Shown: in pieces, positions 1 to 10,500 of the stretch
How positions within the stretch are numbered: position 1 is the stretch's first letter
Layout of the letters: each line of letters begins with the position of its first letter
Assembly (NCBI GenBank): GCA_900088475.1
Contig: FLMG01002847.1
Coordinates: 1 to 32,721, forward strand
DNA: 32,721 nucleotides
Direction: 5' to 3'
Origin: Hyphochytrium catenoides
Taxonomy: Eukaryota; Protista; Hyphochytriomycota
The notes under the pieces: model-generated
The model's input: only the letters and a program-made list of their open reading frames with translations
What the model was told of the DNA's origin: nothing
Database searches by the model: none
Made by a program: the position numbers and the translations under genes

Positions 1-353
1 CTGGTGATGAAGGCGGCTAGGACCACTTCTGTCCTTTGGTCACTAACCGTCGTCGGCCTGATTTCTTCCTGGCAAGTAGTGGCTTGAAGCCCGGCGTTGC
101 TCCCTTTCTCTTCCGTCATAGAGCAGTTCTGCGTAGTAAAGTGGCGAACCGCCGAGGGCTCGTGAGGATCCACTCTGCCATAGGAGTTAAGATCTAGTTT
201 TTGCTTGAGAAGATGAGGATCGATCCCGGCTCCCCTCTGATAGTCTGGCCCAACCGATGACTCGGCTTGCCATGAGAACCATAGGAGACTCAGCAGGGAA
301 ATCAGTAAGATTCCTACCATGGAAGGTCGTCTGACATGAGGTGATAGCTGCAT
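1..353 (-). CDS. Partial ORF running off the left edge; N-terminal signal anchor/peptide (type II membrane or secreted protein, possibly glycosyltransferase-like)
   Basis: Open from ATG 353 to base 1 with no stop: MQLSPHVRRPSMVGILLISLLSLLWFSWQAESSVGPDYQRGAG...RTEVVLAAFIT. Short basic N-tail, hydrophobic stretch, polar stem. Absent from the ORF track because it has no stop in the window. Function is inference. Confidence 0.55.
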   Translation of the reverse strand, partial: MQLSPHVRRPSMVGILLISLLSLLWFSWQAESSVGPDYQRGAGIDPHLLKQKLDLNSYGRVDPHEPSAVRHFTTQNCSMTEEKGSNAGLQATTCQEEIRPTTVSDQRTEVVLAAFIT

Positions 354-1098
354 GTCAGAATAGGTAGTAAGGTATCGTGGACGAGAAGATCGAAGTAGTA
401 ACGCTAACACTAGTCCGAGAAGAGTCGACCGGGTTGGCTGTCAGAGATCAAGAAGCGCAAAGTCTAATGGAAGACACTCTCTGAGCAATTGACATCCAGA
501 GGTCCGGGATTCTCTTCTGATCAGGCCACTGCAGCATAAATCACCATGCCAGCGGCAGTTCACATCATCATAGGGAGACGACCACAACAACTATCTTAAC
601 GCGCCTCCCCCACCACAGCTGCGCCAGAAAGTCGGAGGAGCTTACGGAGAGACCCCTTCAGAGAGAATCAACGGGCCGGAGGCTGCAACCCCTCCTTAAG
701 GCAGGTCTCTATCTTCCATGAAAGCATGGTCTGGTCTCCTAGATCTCGAGGCCGCAGATGCAGCTTCTTCGGCACGAATCTCTCTGCAGAGAGTTCGCCG
801 CGCCAATCTGCCGCTTTGAGCTTCAACATCTCTTGGAGCCGCTAACGATCACTACACACACACGCAACGTCTATACCGAACTACGCGTTACAGCTACTAC
901 GGCCCACTACTGTTTTACAGCAGAGCATACAACGGCAACGAAACGTCACGGTCCTGCTCAGCTACCAGACGGTCTGCCATCTCTGTCTCTCTGTTGGGCC
1001 GTCCGCAGTGTGGCAGAGGCTGGATCATCACTCATCATGCTGCTGCTGCTTCGTCGGTTGTAGGGGCCAACTAGGGCTTCTTCTTCCCTCCTCCTCCC

Positions 1099-1345
1099 CC
1101 TCTATCCTCACAGCTCTTGCCTCTCTCTCTCTCTCTCTCTCACCTCTCTCTCCTCTCTCTCTCCCCCTCTCTCTCTTCCTCTGTCTCTTCCTCTGTCTCT
1201 CTCTCTCTCTCTCACTCCCCTCTCTCTCTCTGTCTCTCTCTCTCTCTCCTCTCTCTCTTTCTCTGTCTCTCCCTCTCACCTCTCTCTCTCTCCTCTCTCC
1301 CTCTCTTTCTCTCTCTCACTTCTCTATCGTACGTTGCTCTCTGTC
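1099..1345. repeat. (CT)n/(GA)n imperfect microsatellite tract
   Basis: Directly visible; explains the low-complexity SLSL/ERER ORFs at 1008-1440. Confidence 0.95.
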
Positions 1346-1783
1346 TATTCAGAGGCACTACCGTCTCATCCCTCCCTCAATCGCCCTCCGTTCCTCCTGT
1401 TTCCAGCAACCTCAGCTGTCCTCAGTCCTCTGACCCCTGAAGGACTAGGGTTGCCTTGCTGGAGCAGAGGTCCTTCCTTTCATAATCTATAGACAAAAGC
1501 TCGCGCTTGTGTTGTTCCCCTTGGTCAGATTCCTCCCTCTTCTTTTCGTCGCGTTCCAGCTTTCTCTTATCGCAAGTAGCCCTTCCAAACACTGGTGGTG
1601 CGACCAGTTGCCTTAGTTATGGGACTGTAGATGTCTGGGTTTGATGTGAGCCATAGCTGGGTAGTAGGAATGAGGCCTGGAGCTCCATGAACGAAGGCTT
1701 CATAAGGAGTAAAACTGGAGTAGTAAGTCTTCAGATATCAAGCAGAGCCGATTATAGATCGGCAAGGTCCCACCAGCATCGCG

Positions 1784-3091
1784 ATGGCGTTGGAGGATCA
1801 AGCAGGCGTTGTAGCGCTAGGCAGCGTTATGCTAGCGCAAGGTATGGGGAAGGAGAAGGACGAAAGGCATGCATTCAGAAAAGTGCTGCAGCCAGAACAC
1901 CGCAGTGCTTACGACACTACGGGGCTCATCTACTGCCAGTCTTGTGGAGTACTGGCTGAGCTCTGCTGCATAGAAACTGTCTGCGACTACGTCTCTCAGT
2001 CTCTCTGCGGACAATGCTTCGATACCATCCATTCTAAGCCTCTGTGGAAGGTAGAACCGTACTTAGTCAAGCTCTTCCCGTTTGGCTCCGACTTATCTTA
2101 ACTCTTGACGCAGCTTACGGGGGAGTTGAGCGGAATGCCCGAGAGCCTCAGCTGTGAGATTGGATATGGTGACAGCACTCAAAACAGGCTCATTCTCAAG
2201 GAGAACGGACCCTTTGAGTTTCCCAATCGCATACGCGAGGGCTTTCTACATGCTCTGCAGGTCCTGCGGCATCCGAAGGGCCAGACCATCACCTTCCAGA
2301 CGGGAAAACACGGGGGCGTGATGGTTGGAGACCTGCACATCAGAGCTGAATGTCACGGTAAGTTGAGCTCGGGCATGGACAGCTGTCGTATCAAAAGCCG
2401 CTGTTGAGGCCTTCACTCTGATATTGGAACCGTTAATCTTGCCGATAGAGAACCGCTTCAGCATCGGCGGTAGGCTGCGTGGCCTTGTGGATGACCCTGA
2501 GAGCTTCGTCACCCTCCGCTGCTTGCCGCACATGGATGAGCTAACTCTGAGAATGGACGGAAAGTTCCAGTTCCCCTCCAAACTTGACACAGAGCAGAAG
2601 TACGAGGTGAAGATTATCCAGCAGCCGTCCTACGCTAAGTTCTGGGTAAGGAACGCGAAAGGGACTGTCAAAGACACCAGCATACGAGAGGTTGAGGTCC
2701 TAGGTGAGTCGGTAGATTTTTCTCTCCTATCTCTTTGTTGACGGTTGGCAGGAAAGCTCTTTTGGAGCAAAAATAGCTTCTTGCTCAAACAAGGTCTGCT
2801 GCTCTACCGTCGATGCAGAGCAAAGATGCAATAGCAGAATCTTTGAGGCGGCTGCTCTTGGTGACCTTGATCAGGTGGAGCTGATCTGGGACAATGGACA
2901 TGAAAGAGATGCGACGGATCTGGTAGGATGCTTGCTCACGGCTCATGGGCTGAGGCAGCAATGAGGCTAAGAAACGCTGAAGATGGTGGACTGAGGCAAT
3001 CAGAGCTAGGCAGGGAAAGCTCAACTAAGAAATAGTATACAAAGAGCAAAACGGAGAGAGGACGGGGGTTGGAGAAAAGGAGAGAGAGAAA

Positions 3092-3124
<33 letters not shown>

Positions 3125-4675
3125 GGAGAGAAGGGAGACACAGAGCGAAAGAGAGTGAGAGAGAGAGGTCACAACCCTGCAGCTGGCTAACGGAGCGCCC
3201 CTTGTTCTTCTTTTCGAGACAGTCAGGCTGGCTGCCAGTGCACATCGCCGCCGTCAACGGGCACGCAAAGCTTGTGCAGTTCTTTATCGAGAGCTATTTG
3301 ACTGAGGAGGTCAGCATAGAGAAAGGCAGTGATTGCCCAGATAAGGTTCGTCTGTCCCTCTATATCTTTCCTGAGGATTCTTTCTTCACTCATTGCCCTC
3401 CTAGTTTGGCTGCACCCCTTTCTTGCTGGCAGCCTCCAGAGGTCATGAGGCTTGTACAAGGCTATTAGTCAAGGCGAAGTGTAACATCTGGATAAATGAT
3501 CAGGTGAAAGTCCATGCCACTGTTCGGACTTTCCCTGCGTTCCATAGCCGCTCAATGTCCTCCATACAGGCAGGCAGGACGGCCCTCCACCTCGCCGCCT
3601 TGGGCGGGCATCTGAAGCTAGTTGAGTATCTCCTGGAGCTAGGACTCAAACCTGCAGCGTTAGATATTGTAGGTGATGATGACCCTGCAGAGCATATGGG
3701 TCGATATTGACCCAGACTCATTCCCCTTAGGCGGGCTGCACCACCGTCTTGTTGGCTACCTGTGCGGGTCATGCAGAAGTAGTTGGGGTCCTTTTGGCAA
3801 AGGAGAAGTCTCTCTTAGAGACTCCAGATCAGGTAAGTGGAACGTTGTCTTTTGAAGGATGACGCTTTGTCTGGCGCTGATGGCGTTGCGATGACAGTAC
3901 GGGAGCACACCGCTGATAGAAGCTGCAAGTCATGGGCACACTGCAGTCTGTGAGGTTATCCATAGTCCATTATTACGTCCTTAGCGCCGTCGAGTTCTCT
4001 CTTACGATCGCTCTCCTCCCTTTAACGTCCTAGGTTCTCCTAAAGCTAGGTGCTAATGTTCGGGCTCGCGATAAGGTAAGGGACCAGCCCGCTGGCTCAT
4101 CATATCTAGCGCACTATCCAACTCTCCCTGCCTCCTTGCCAGCGGAGATTGACACCCCTCGCCCGGGTAAGGACATGGAGAGAGCCAACAAGCCACGTGT
4201 TACCTCTCTTCGGCGGCTGATGACTCTGTACAGGCCTGCATGGGGAACCATTCCGCCACGGCAGAGCTCCTTATCAATAGCGGGGCGGATCCGAATGTGA
4301 TACTTCAAGCCCGGAAAACCCTTCTGATGACGGCATGTGAGCTGAGTCTGCCAGAGATTGTTGCGCTGTTACTGCGGCATGGCGTGAGCTTGGACCGAGA
4401 GGATGCGGTACGAGGAGCTAAAGAGTTATTTGTTGAATAGACACGACCAAGGTTCAGAAGAAGTGAAAGGGTAGAGAAGAAGAAGAGGGATGGACATTGG
4501 ATGAGAATGGCTTCCGTGAAGCCTGAGCGCGCGTTTTTCCCCTCAGTACGGCAGGACAGCGCTGGACTATGCAAGGGAGAAGTATCAGCTGGATAAGAGC
4601 TTCCAGAACGACTCCATTCTGGAGCTTTTAGGAAACACGCCAGAAGAGAGACTGTCGCCAGCCCGTCAACTTTGA
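1784..4675 (+). CDS. Ankyrin-repeat protein with an N-terminal B-box-like Zn finger and two bacterial-type beta-rich repeats (13 exons)
   Basis: Exons 1784-2050, 2114-2357, 2449-2703, 2819-2922, 3223-3345, 3405-3503, 3570-3668, 3731-3832, 3898-3954, 4034-4075, 4143-4166, 4234-4407, 4547-4675; all GT-AG and phase-compatible. Cys/His motif CQSC..LCCIETVC..SLCGQCFDTIH. Ankyrin motifs IFEAAALGD, GWLPVHIAAVNGH, GCTPFLLAASRGH, GRTALHLAALGGH, GCTTVLLATCAGH, GSTPLIEAASHGH, RLTPLARACMGNH, RKTLLMTAC, GRTALDYA. Confidence 0.88.
3055..3167. repeat. (GA)n microsatellite inside intron 4 of the ankyrin gene
   Basis: Directly visible purine tract within intron 2923-3222. Confidence 0.9.
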
Positions 4676-4906
4676 TAGAACTGCGGTATAGAAATTTGAA
4701 GAGTGAGTGCCGATTCGTACAAAGAGGGCGGCCAAGAGAGAATATAGACATAGAGAGATGAGAGACGGAAGAGTAAAGGAAGAATCAACCCCAGCGCTGG
4801 GATGAGTTAGTGAGAAACGGAGACTGGCACACCGAGACGGGGAGAGGAAGAAGCGCATTCCAGGAAAGAAGAGAGAGAGATAATGAGCTTGGTTTCAACT
4901 CTTCCG

Positions 4907-6501
4907 TCATACCTGTCTATACTTCTGCTCAAAAATGAAGCAAATCCGATTCTCCTGACAATCCTTACGCCTCACTCTGTGCGATGCGCCCTGGATCCGA
5001 TTCTTTGTTGCAGCCTGAAGTGCCTTGCCACCAAACAAAACTATCTCTTTCCTAGATTGACAGAGGTTCTCTACCTGGACAACGGAGGGTCAGCTAAGGA
5101 AGATGCGGCCTTGGGCAGGTATATACTAGGAGTTGGAAACGTAGACAAGAGACGAGGGCACAGGGACAGTTGAATGGGAAGAGGAGACGGCTTGAAGGAG
5201 AAAGAGTTAGGAGGACCAAGCTTTGGAGAGAGGCTTTTGCCAGAATGTCGACGCACCTCCAGCCAGGCTTTGGACTTCAAGTCATAGACTTCAAGGCCAG
5301 GAATATCAGCCACAGGCTCCGCAATGAAGAGACTGGGATCTACGTGCTCTGAAGAGAACGAGAGAGAGTTTAGAGTGATTTCCCTTAATCTCCGGTCTGT
5401 CTCCCTATGAAGGGTTAGCTATGTGCCAGTCTCGGCTCCAATAATAGTACGCTCTTCCTTTTGACGGCCGTTGCTCCTTCCTGACTCGGTTCTCCAGCCC
5501 TCTAGGGAAAGCGTCAACCGCCGCACGTTCTCTTTTCCCTGCACACTGCTCAAACAGACCCGTGCCCACTATTTCTCCCTCCTGTCTCTCTCTCTCTCTC
5601 TCTCCTCCCTCCCTCGCTCCTCCCTCTCTCGGTGTCTCTCTCTCCCCTCTTACCAGAAGAAGGGTCGCAGTGTCTCTTCTGTTCACCCAGCATCCATCCT
5701 TGTTGCTCCTAATCCCAGAGCTCCGACAAATGTGTCAATTCCTCAGTCACCTGACCTGCAGCATAATCACTCTCTCTCTCTCTCTGTGTCTCTCTCTCTC
5801 CTCCCTCAGTCCGTCTCACCTGTCACATTCATTAGCTCCTTATAAGCGGAGTTTGGATAGTGGAGCGCATAGCACACAGAGAAGTCTTCATCTTCGTTGT
5901 GCTCTTCATAAAAAAAGAGATCCTCAGGTGCCTCCTTATGCGAAGCCAGCACCCCCAGCGCCCTATCACAGAGCCGCTTCAGCAGCCCACAGAGGCGCAA
6001 GTAGGCGACCCTGAAGCTCTCTGAGGGCCAGGACTGACTCTCAGGCCGTGCCACGTGAAGACGGAAGGCCTCTCTCATGGCCATCAGCTCATACCCGCAG
6101 TACCACATCGGGATGCCGCGCTCATTGAAATACTTTGTACTTCCAGTCGAGCTCTTCTTTGCCTCTGGGGAAGCTCCAAGGAAGAAGCTCTCCAGCTCTT
6201 GGACGCATGCGTTGTAAGCCGACTCCATGGCGCCAATATCTGTCAGCACCACGAAGGAATGGGCCTGTAGGAGGCTCCAGAGCTTGGGTGCATTGCGTCT
6301 GGAGAGCTCCTTTAGCGACATCCGCGGGATCTCTATATCACCTTCAGATCTGGAGGTTGCGCACTCATTCCCATCCGTGGAGAGCAGGTAGCGATAGTGC
6401 AGGGGCAGCGTATTGTCGTCCACTCCAAGCAGCGCAGGGGCCTCATAGCTCGCCAAGCGAGGCCTCTCGCCAGCAGAGGTGCTGGGAGGACTGCGGCCCA
6501 T
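4907..6501 (-). CDS. 2-oxoglutarate/Fe(II)-dependent dioxygenase (isopenicillin N synthase-like fold)
   Basis: Exons 6501-5820, 5348-5257, 5074-4907. Spliced product: HSFVVLTD...FF...EAKK (DIOX_N-like), ALHYP...TEHVDPSLF (HxD), GLEVYD...W, LFGGKALQAATKNRIQGASHRV (distal His), RICFIF (RxC in place of RxS). The frame stays open upstream to about 6657, so the start may lie further 5'; the last codons could also be spliced. Confidence 0.88.
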
Positions 6502-6677
6502 GCTTTGGTACGCAGCAGAGACTGTGCTAAGCTCGGCAGCTTCCTGCCACTCGTCTCTGTCTTCTTCCGTCCGCCAACAGAGGCTCTGCTGACAGTGCTT
6601 TGCCGTCTTCTGTGCTTCTGTGCCTGGTGCTGTCTCTGCCTGACCATCAGCTGTCCCTCAGCAGGCTCGAGAGATGA

Positions 6678-6809
6678 TAGAAGCGAGAGGGAGAGAGAGA
6701 GCGAGGAGGAGAGAGAGAGAGAGAGAGCTAGCGAGCGAGTGAGCGAGACAAAGAGAGAGAGGGAAAGACAGAGAGAGAGTGAGAGAGAGGGAGAGTGGGA
6801 GAGAGACAC

Positions 6810-6840
<31 letters not shown>

Positions 6841-6852
6841 AGAGAGAGAAAA
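6678..6852. repeat. (GA)n imperfect microsatellite tract
   Basis: Directly visible. Confidence 0.93.
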
Positions 6853-7542
6853 GCAATGATGCGATCATGTCCAGCACCAATCGCCCATCCGTCCTCTATT
6901 CTGTAAATCAATTAGCAGAGACGGTGGGTGGGATGCACAGATTCTCATTCACATCATCATCTCTCTCTCTCTCTCTCTCTCCCTCTTTCTCTCTCCTCTG
7001 AGCTCGAGAAAGCGGCGCCTCAAACGCTCGAAGACTCTGAGTCCAGATGTTGGCGGATGGACTGCGAATGACTGAGGATTAGACAAGGATGGACCTCAGC
7101 TCTATGGCTTACTAGGCGTAGCATAGGCTTGGCGGAGAAGCGGACGAAGCGCGGTAGCAAGAGGAGAGACATGAGAGGACAGGGCTAAGGCCAGACACTG
7201 TTGCCGTGTGAGATGAGTCTCTGGAGCTCGCTGGTCCTTCCTCCGAGGCATGCCTGCTGTCCGTGATGAAGAATTCAGTGGGAAAGCGCTCGGTATTCTG
7301 TCTGATCCCATTGTTCTCACTCATTATGGAGCATAAATATCTATCTGTGTGGGCTGCCACTGTCTTCTGACCCTCTTCTCCCTGCTACTGACTCTGTCCT
7401 AACCTTGGAGCCTTCCTCGTGCTCTAGTCCTCTCTCTATATATATACACTGCATGCCCAATAAATACTAGTTGACTGCTCCTCAAGCTAGTCGGAAGACC
7501 TAGGGAACTGTCTAGCCCCTGCCCCTGTCGCTCTCTGCCTCA

Positions 7543-10500
7543 TCAGATCCGCGGAAACTTGACAGGATCAGCCTGAGAAAGCTCTTGGCTCTGCAGCACA
7601 AAGTCGGTGATGCTCTCTGGCGGTCCCTGTTCTACCTCTTGTCCAGCGGTACTCCTCTTTTCATGTCCCTGATGTGCTAGCTTTGGAGGCGAGACGCTGC
7701 TCTTCTTGCCAGGGCTGTTGCTTGGCATTTTGAAGCCTCCCTTGTACACGAAGTTCGAGCCCTGGGGATTCATCATGGGCCTTATGCCGTCCTGAGCATG
7801 CAGGACGGCGCCCTTGTTGTTCTCATCGCTTGTCAAGTCATTGAGAGCTCTCAAGGGAGAGCCGGGGTCTGGGGCTCCTCCTGGCTCCAGAGCACGGTTG
7901 CAGGTGCCACAGACAGGAATGACGCCTCGGTACTTAGAGAGAACGGGCCCTTGATCTGTGCTCTTAGTGCCGTAGCTGTAGCCCAACAGAGAGGTCTCAA
8001 TGCACTTCATCAGGCAACCAAGGAAGTGGACCCGCTCTTCCTGTTGAGGTCCGAACAGTGAAGTAGGGAGGATGTGATCAGTAAGACAAAGGGAAAGGCG
8101 GAAGGCCGGGAAAACATGGCCGTCGTGAGAGAGAGAAAAAGAGAGAGAGAGAGAGAGAGAAGAGTTACGATTACAGAAGTATAGGAAGGACAGGCAGTTC
8201 GGATTGGCTGACAAGCTGGCTTAGCTCTCAGTGTCGACGTCTCTCTTTCCTTTCACTGGACACTCAGCTGGCCGTACACTCTACATATATACTTGTGTCC
8301 AAACGCGATAATTTGCACTATCTCCCAAGCAATCGGTATATCTCTCTCTCTTTGGCAGCATGTCACTCATCCACTTCGTCTTGTATGGTGTCTACTATGG
8401 CCCTCAAAGGTCACCTGCGCGGGCTGAATGGGCTCCGGATTCAAGTTGTTGAGCTTGTTTACCAGCTTTTGATAGAACTCCACCGCTACCTTCGTCTTCG
8501 CGTCATGAAGGCTCTTCTCCAGGTCCTCCACCTGGAACAGCAGGAAAGGACAAGGAGAAGTGCTAGTGTAAGACGAGACGTGATGACATTGATGGTAGTA
8601 ACAGGCATACGGGAGATAGAAGGGAGAGGACGGAGGAGTGTCCTCCTAGATGGGAAAGGCTAAAGGCCTGCGAAGTTCTTTAATTATCCAAAGATGACGG
8701 CGGAAGCTGTTAAGGGACAGGAGATAGGCCAAGACTGTGCGTCTCACCTTGTGATGCACGTTGGATGCACCAGCGACCTTCTGCGCAGGTTCATTGCAGA
8801 CAGTCCTGCGCAAGACTTCAAGCTCCGACTTGACAGCAAACAGCTCCGCCAGATGTTGACCCACCCTGTAGAGAGAAGAGAGAGCGATAGCGGGAAACAA
8901 GAAGACAAGGGCATAACTTCAGCAAGCACCATCAAGGGAAACTACGGGAACGTTGAGAAGGAAGAACAGGCAGGGCGGACACTAGAAGGTAGAGACCTCA
9001 GGCCAGGCGCCATCATCTGCAGACGAGGATAGAGTAGAAGAGGACAAGAGAGACACAATTGAGGCATTCTCCGACTCGGTCCCCGTACCTTGAGCTGTAC
9101 TCATAGCCTTCGAATGCCTTTCCACTCTTCTCCACATTGACGCACTTGGTGGCCAGGCTGAGCACCAGGGCGGCTATTTCCTCATCGATATCGGACATAC
9201 TGAGACTTCGCAAAGAGAGGGAGCTCTTTGTGAGACGAGAAAGAATAGGTGCTTTTTCAATTATCAGAGCGTGCACTTTGCTGAACTTCTCCTGGTGGGA
9301 TAGGAAGGTCTGCTTGAGCTCTTCTAGGCTTTCTGTCGTGTGGTTGAGCAGCTTGTGATGGGTGGAAGCTTCCACATCCAACAGCCTTATCTTCTCTTTG
9401 AAAGCCGCTAGATGGTCCAAAAACATCTCCTGACTCTTCTCAATCTTCGCGGCTCGCTCTCGACTCTCAGCAATAAAATTCTCTAACGCGCTTTCTAGGC
9501 TAGGAGACAGTAAGGTAAGAGCTTGGTCTTCGGTAGTCTTTCAAATCTTTGGTCACATCTTGACTCCTAGTGTCCTTAGGGCTGCATTCTCTCTTTTCTC
9601 TCTCTATTCTTGCTCTCTGTCTGCCTTTTCTCTTTCCTTTGTGTGTGCCTCGCTTTCTCTCTCTCTCTCTCGCTCGGTCGCTTGCTTTCTCTCTCTCCCT
9701 GTTATTCCCTTACGCAAATAACTCTGGGAATGGCCCATACCTTGGTAGCTTGATTCTAACCATAGGTTCTATGGCATCAAAGCGCATATCTGAGCGCATG
9801 AATTCTTCAGCCACTTTCTGTTGGAAAGCTCTCTGACTGGCGTCAAACTGTTTCAGCACTTCAATGTCCCTCTCGAGCTCTCCGATCATCTCCAGCCGGC
9901 CACTCTGGGCCTGCAAGCTAGCGGCTACTTGCTCCACCTGTTGTTTCACCTCGTCAACCATGGGCTGCAGCTCGCTTGAGAGCTTCGCACAGGACGCTTC
10001 CACGGTCCGAAGGGCTTCCTTAGTGGCTGCCGCTTCATCTTCCATTTTTATGGAAAGCTTCTTACTAGAGTCTTCAATGGCCTTCATAGAGAGGCCCTGA
10101 GCCTTGGTCTATTCAAAAGGTAAAGAAAGAGTGAAAATGACGTGAGGGCATGACATGAGGGATAGACGACTCCAACCCAGGTAAGAAATTTGACTGCCCT
10201 GAACCCAAGGCACCGGAAGATTCTCAGGTAGAAGACGCCAGTGTGAAGGACTGGCGTTCTAGGGAAATAAAGACAAGGCGAAGGCTAAGACGAAAGCGAC
10301 AGACAGAGGCGTGAGAAACTCGATTCAGACAAGGGCTTGAGACCAACCGTTTCCTGCACTTCCTTCAGTTCTTTCCCCAGCTCGTTTTTCCAGCGTTCGA
10401 AACCTTGATTGACCTCAGCTTTAAGGCCTCCGAGCGCCTGAGCGTTGGATGATTTCATGGCCTCAAGGGAGGTAGCCATATCCTTCCTTAGTCCTGTTAG

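Noticed and set aside
1008-1440. ORFs rich in SLSL/ERER, here and at 2936-3172, 5405-5845, 6333-6911 and 29679-29960
   Set aside because: They are translations of CT/GA microsatellites, which lack stop codons by composition.
2751-2818. Upstream acceptor at 2750 for ankyrin-gene exon 4
   Set aside because: It leads to an in-frame TAG; the acceptor at 2818 restores the ankyrin frame.
6860-7540. Separate gene or extra exons between the dioxygenase and the coiled-coil gene
   Set aside because: Only short ORFs with no recognisable motifs, and I could not build a convincing splice chain.
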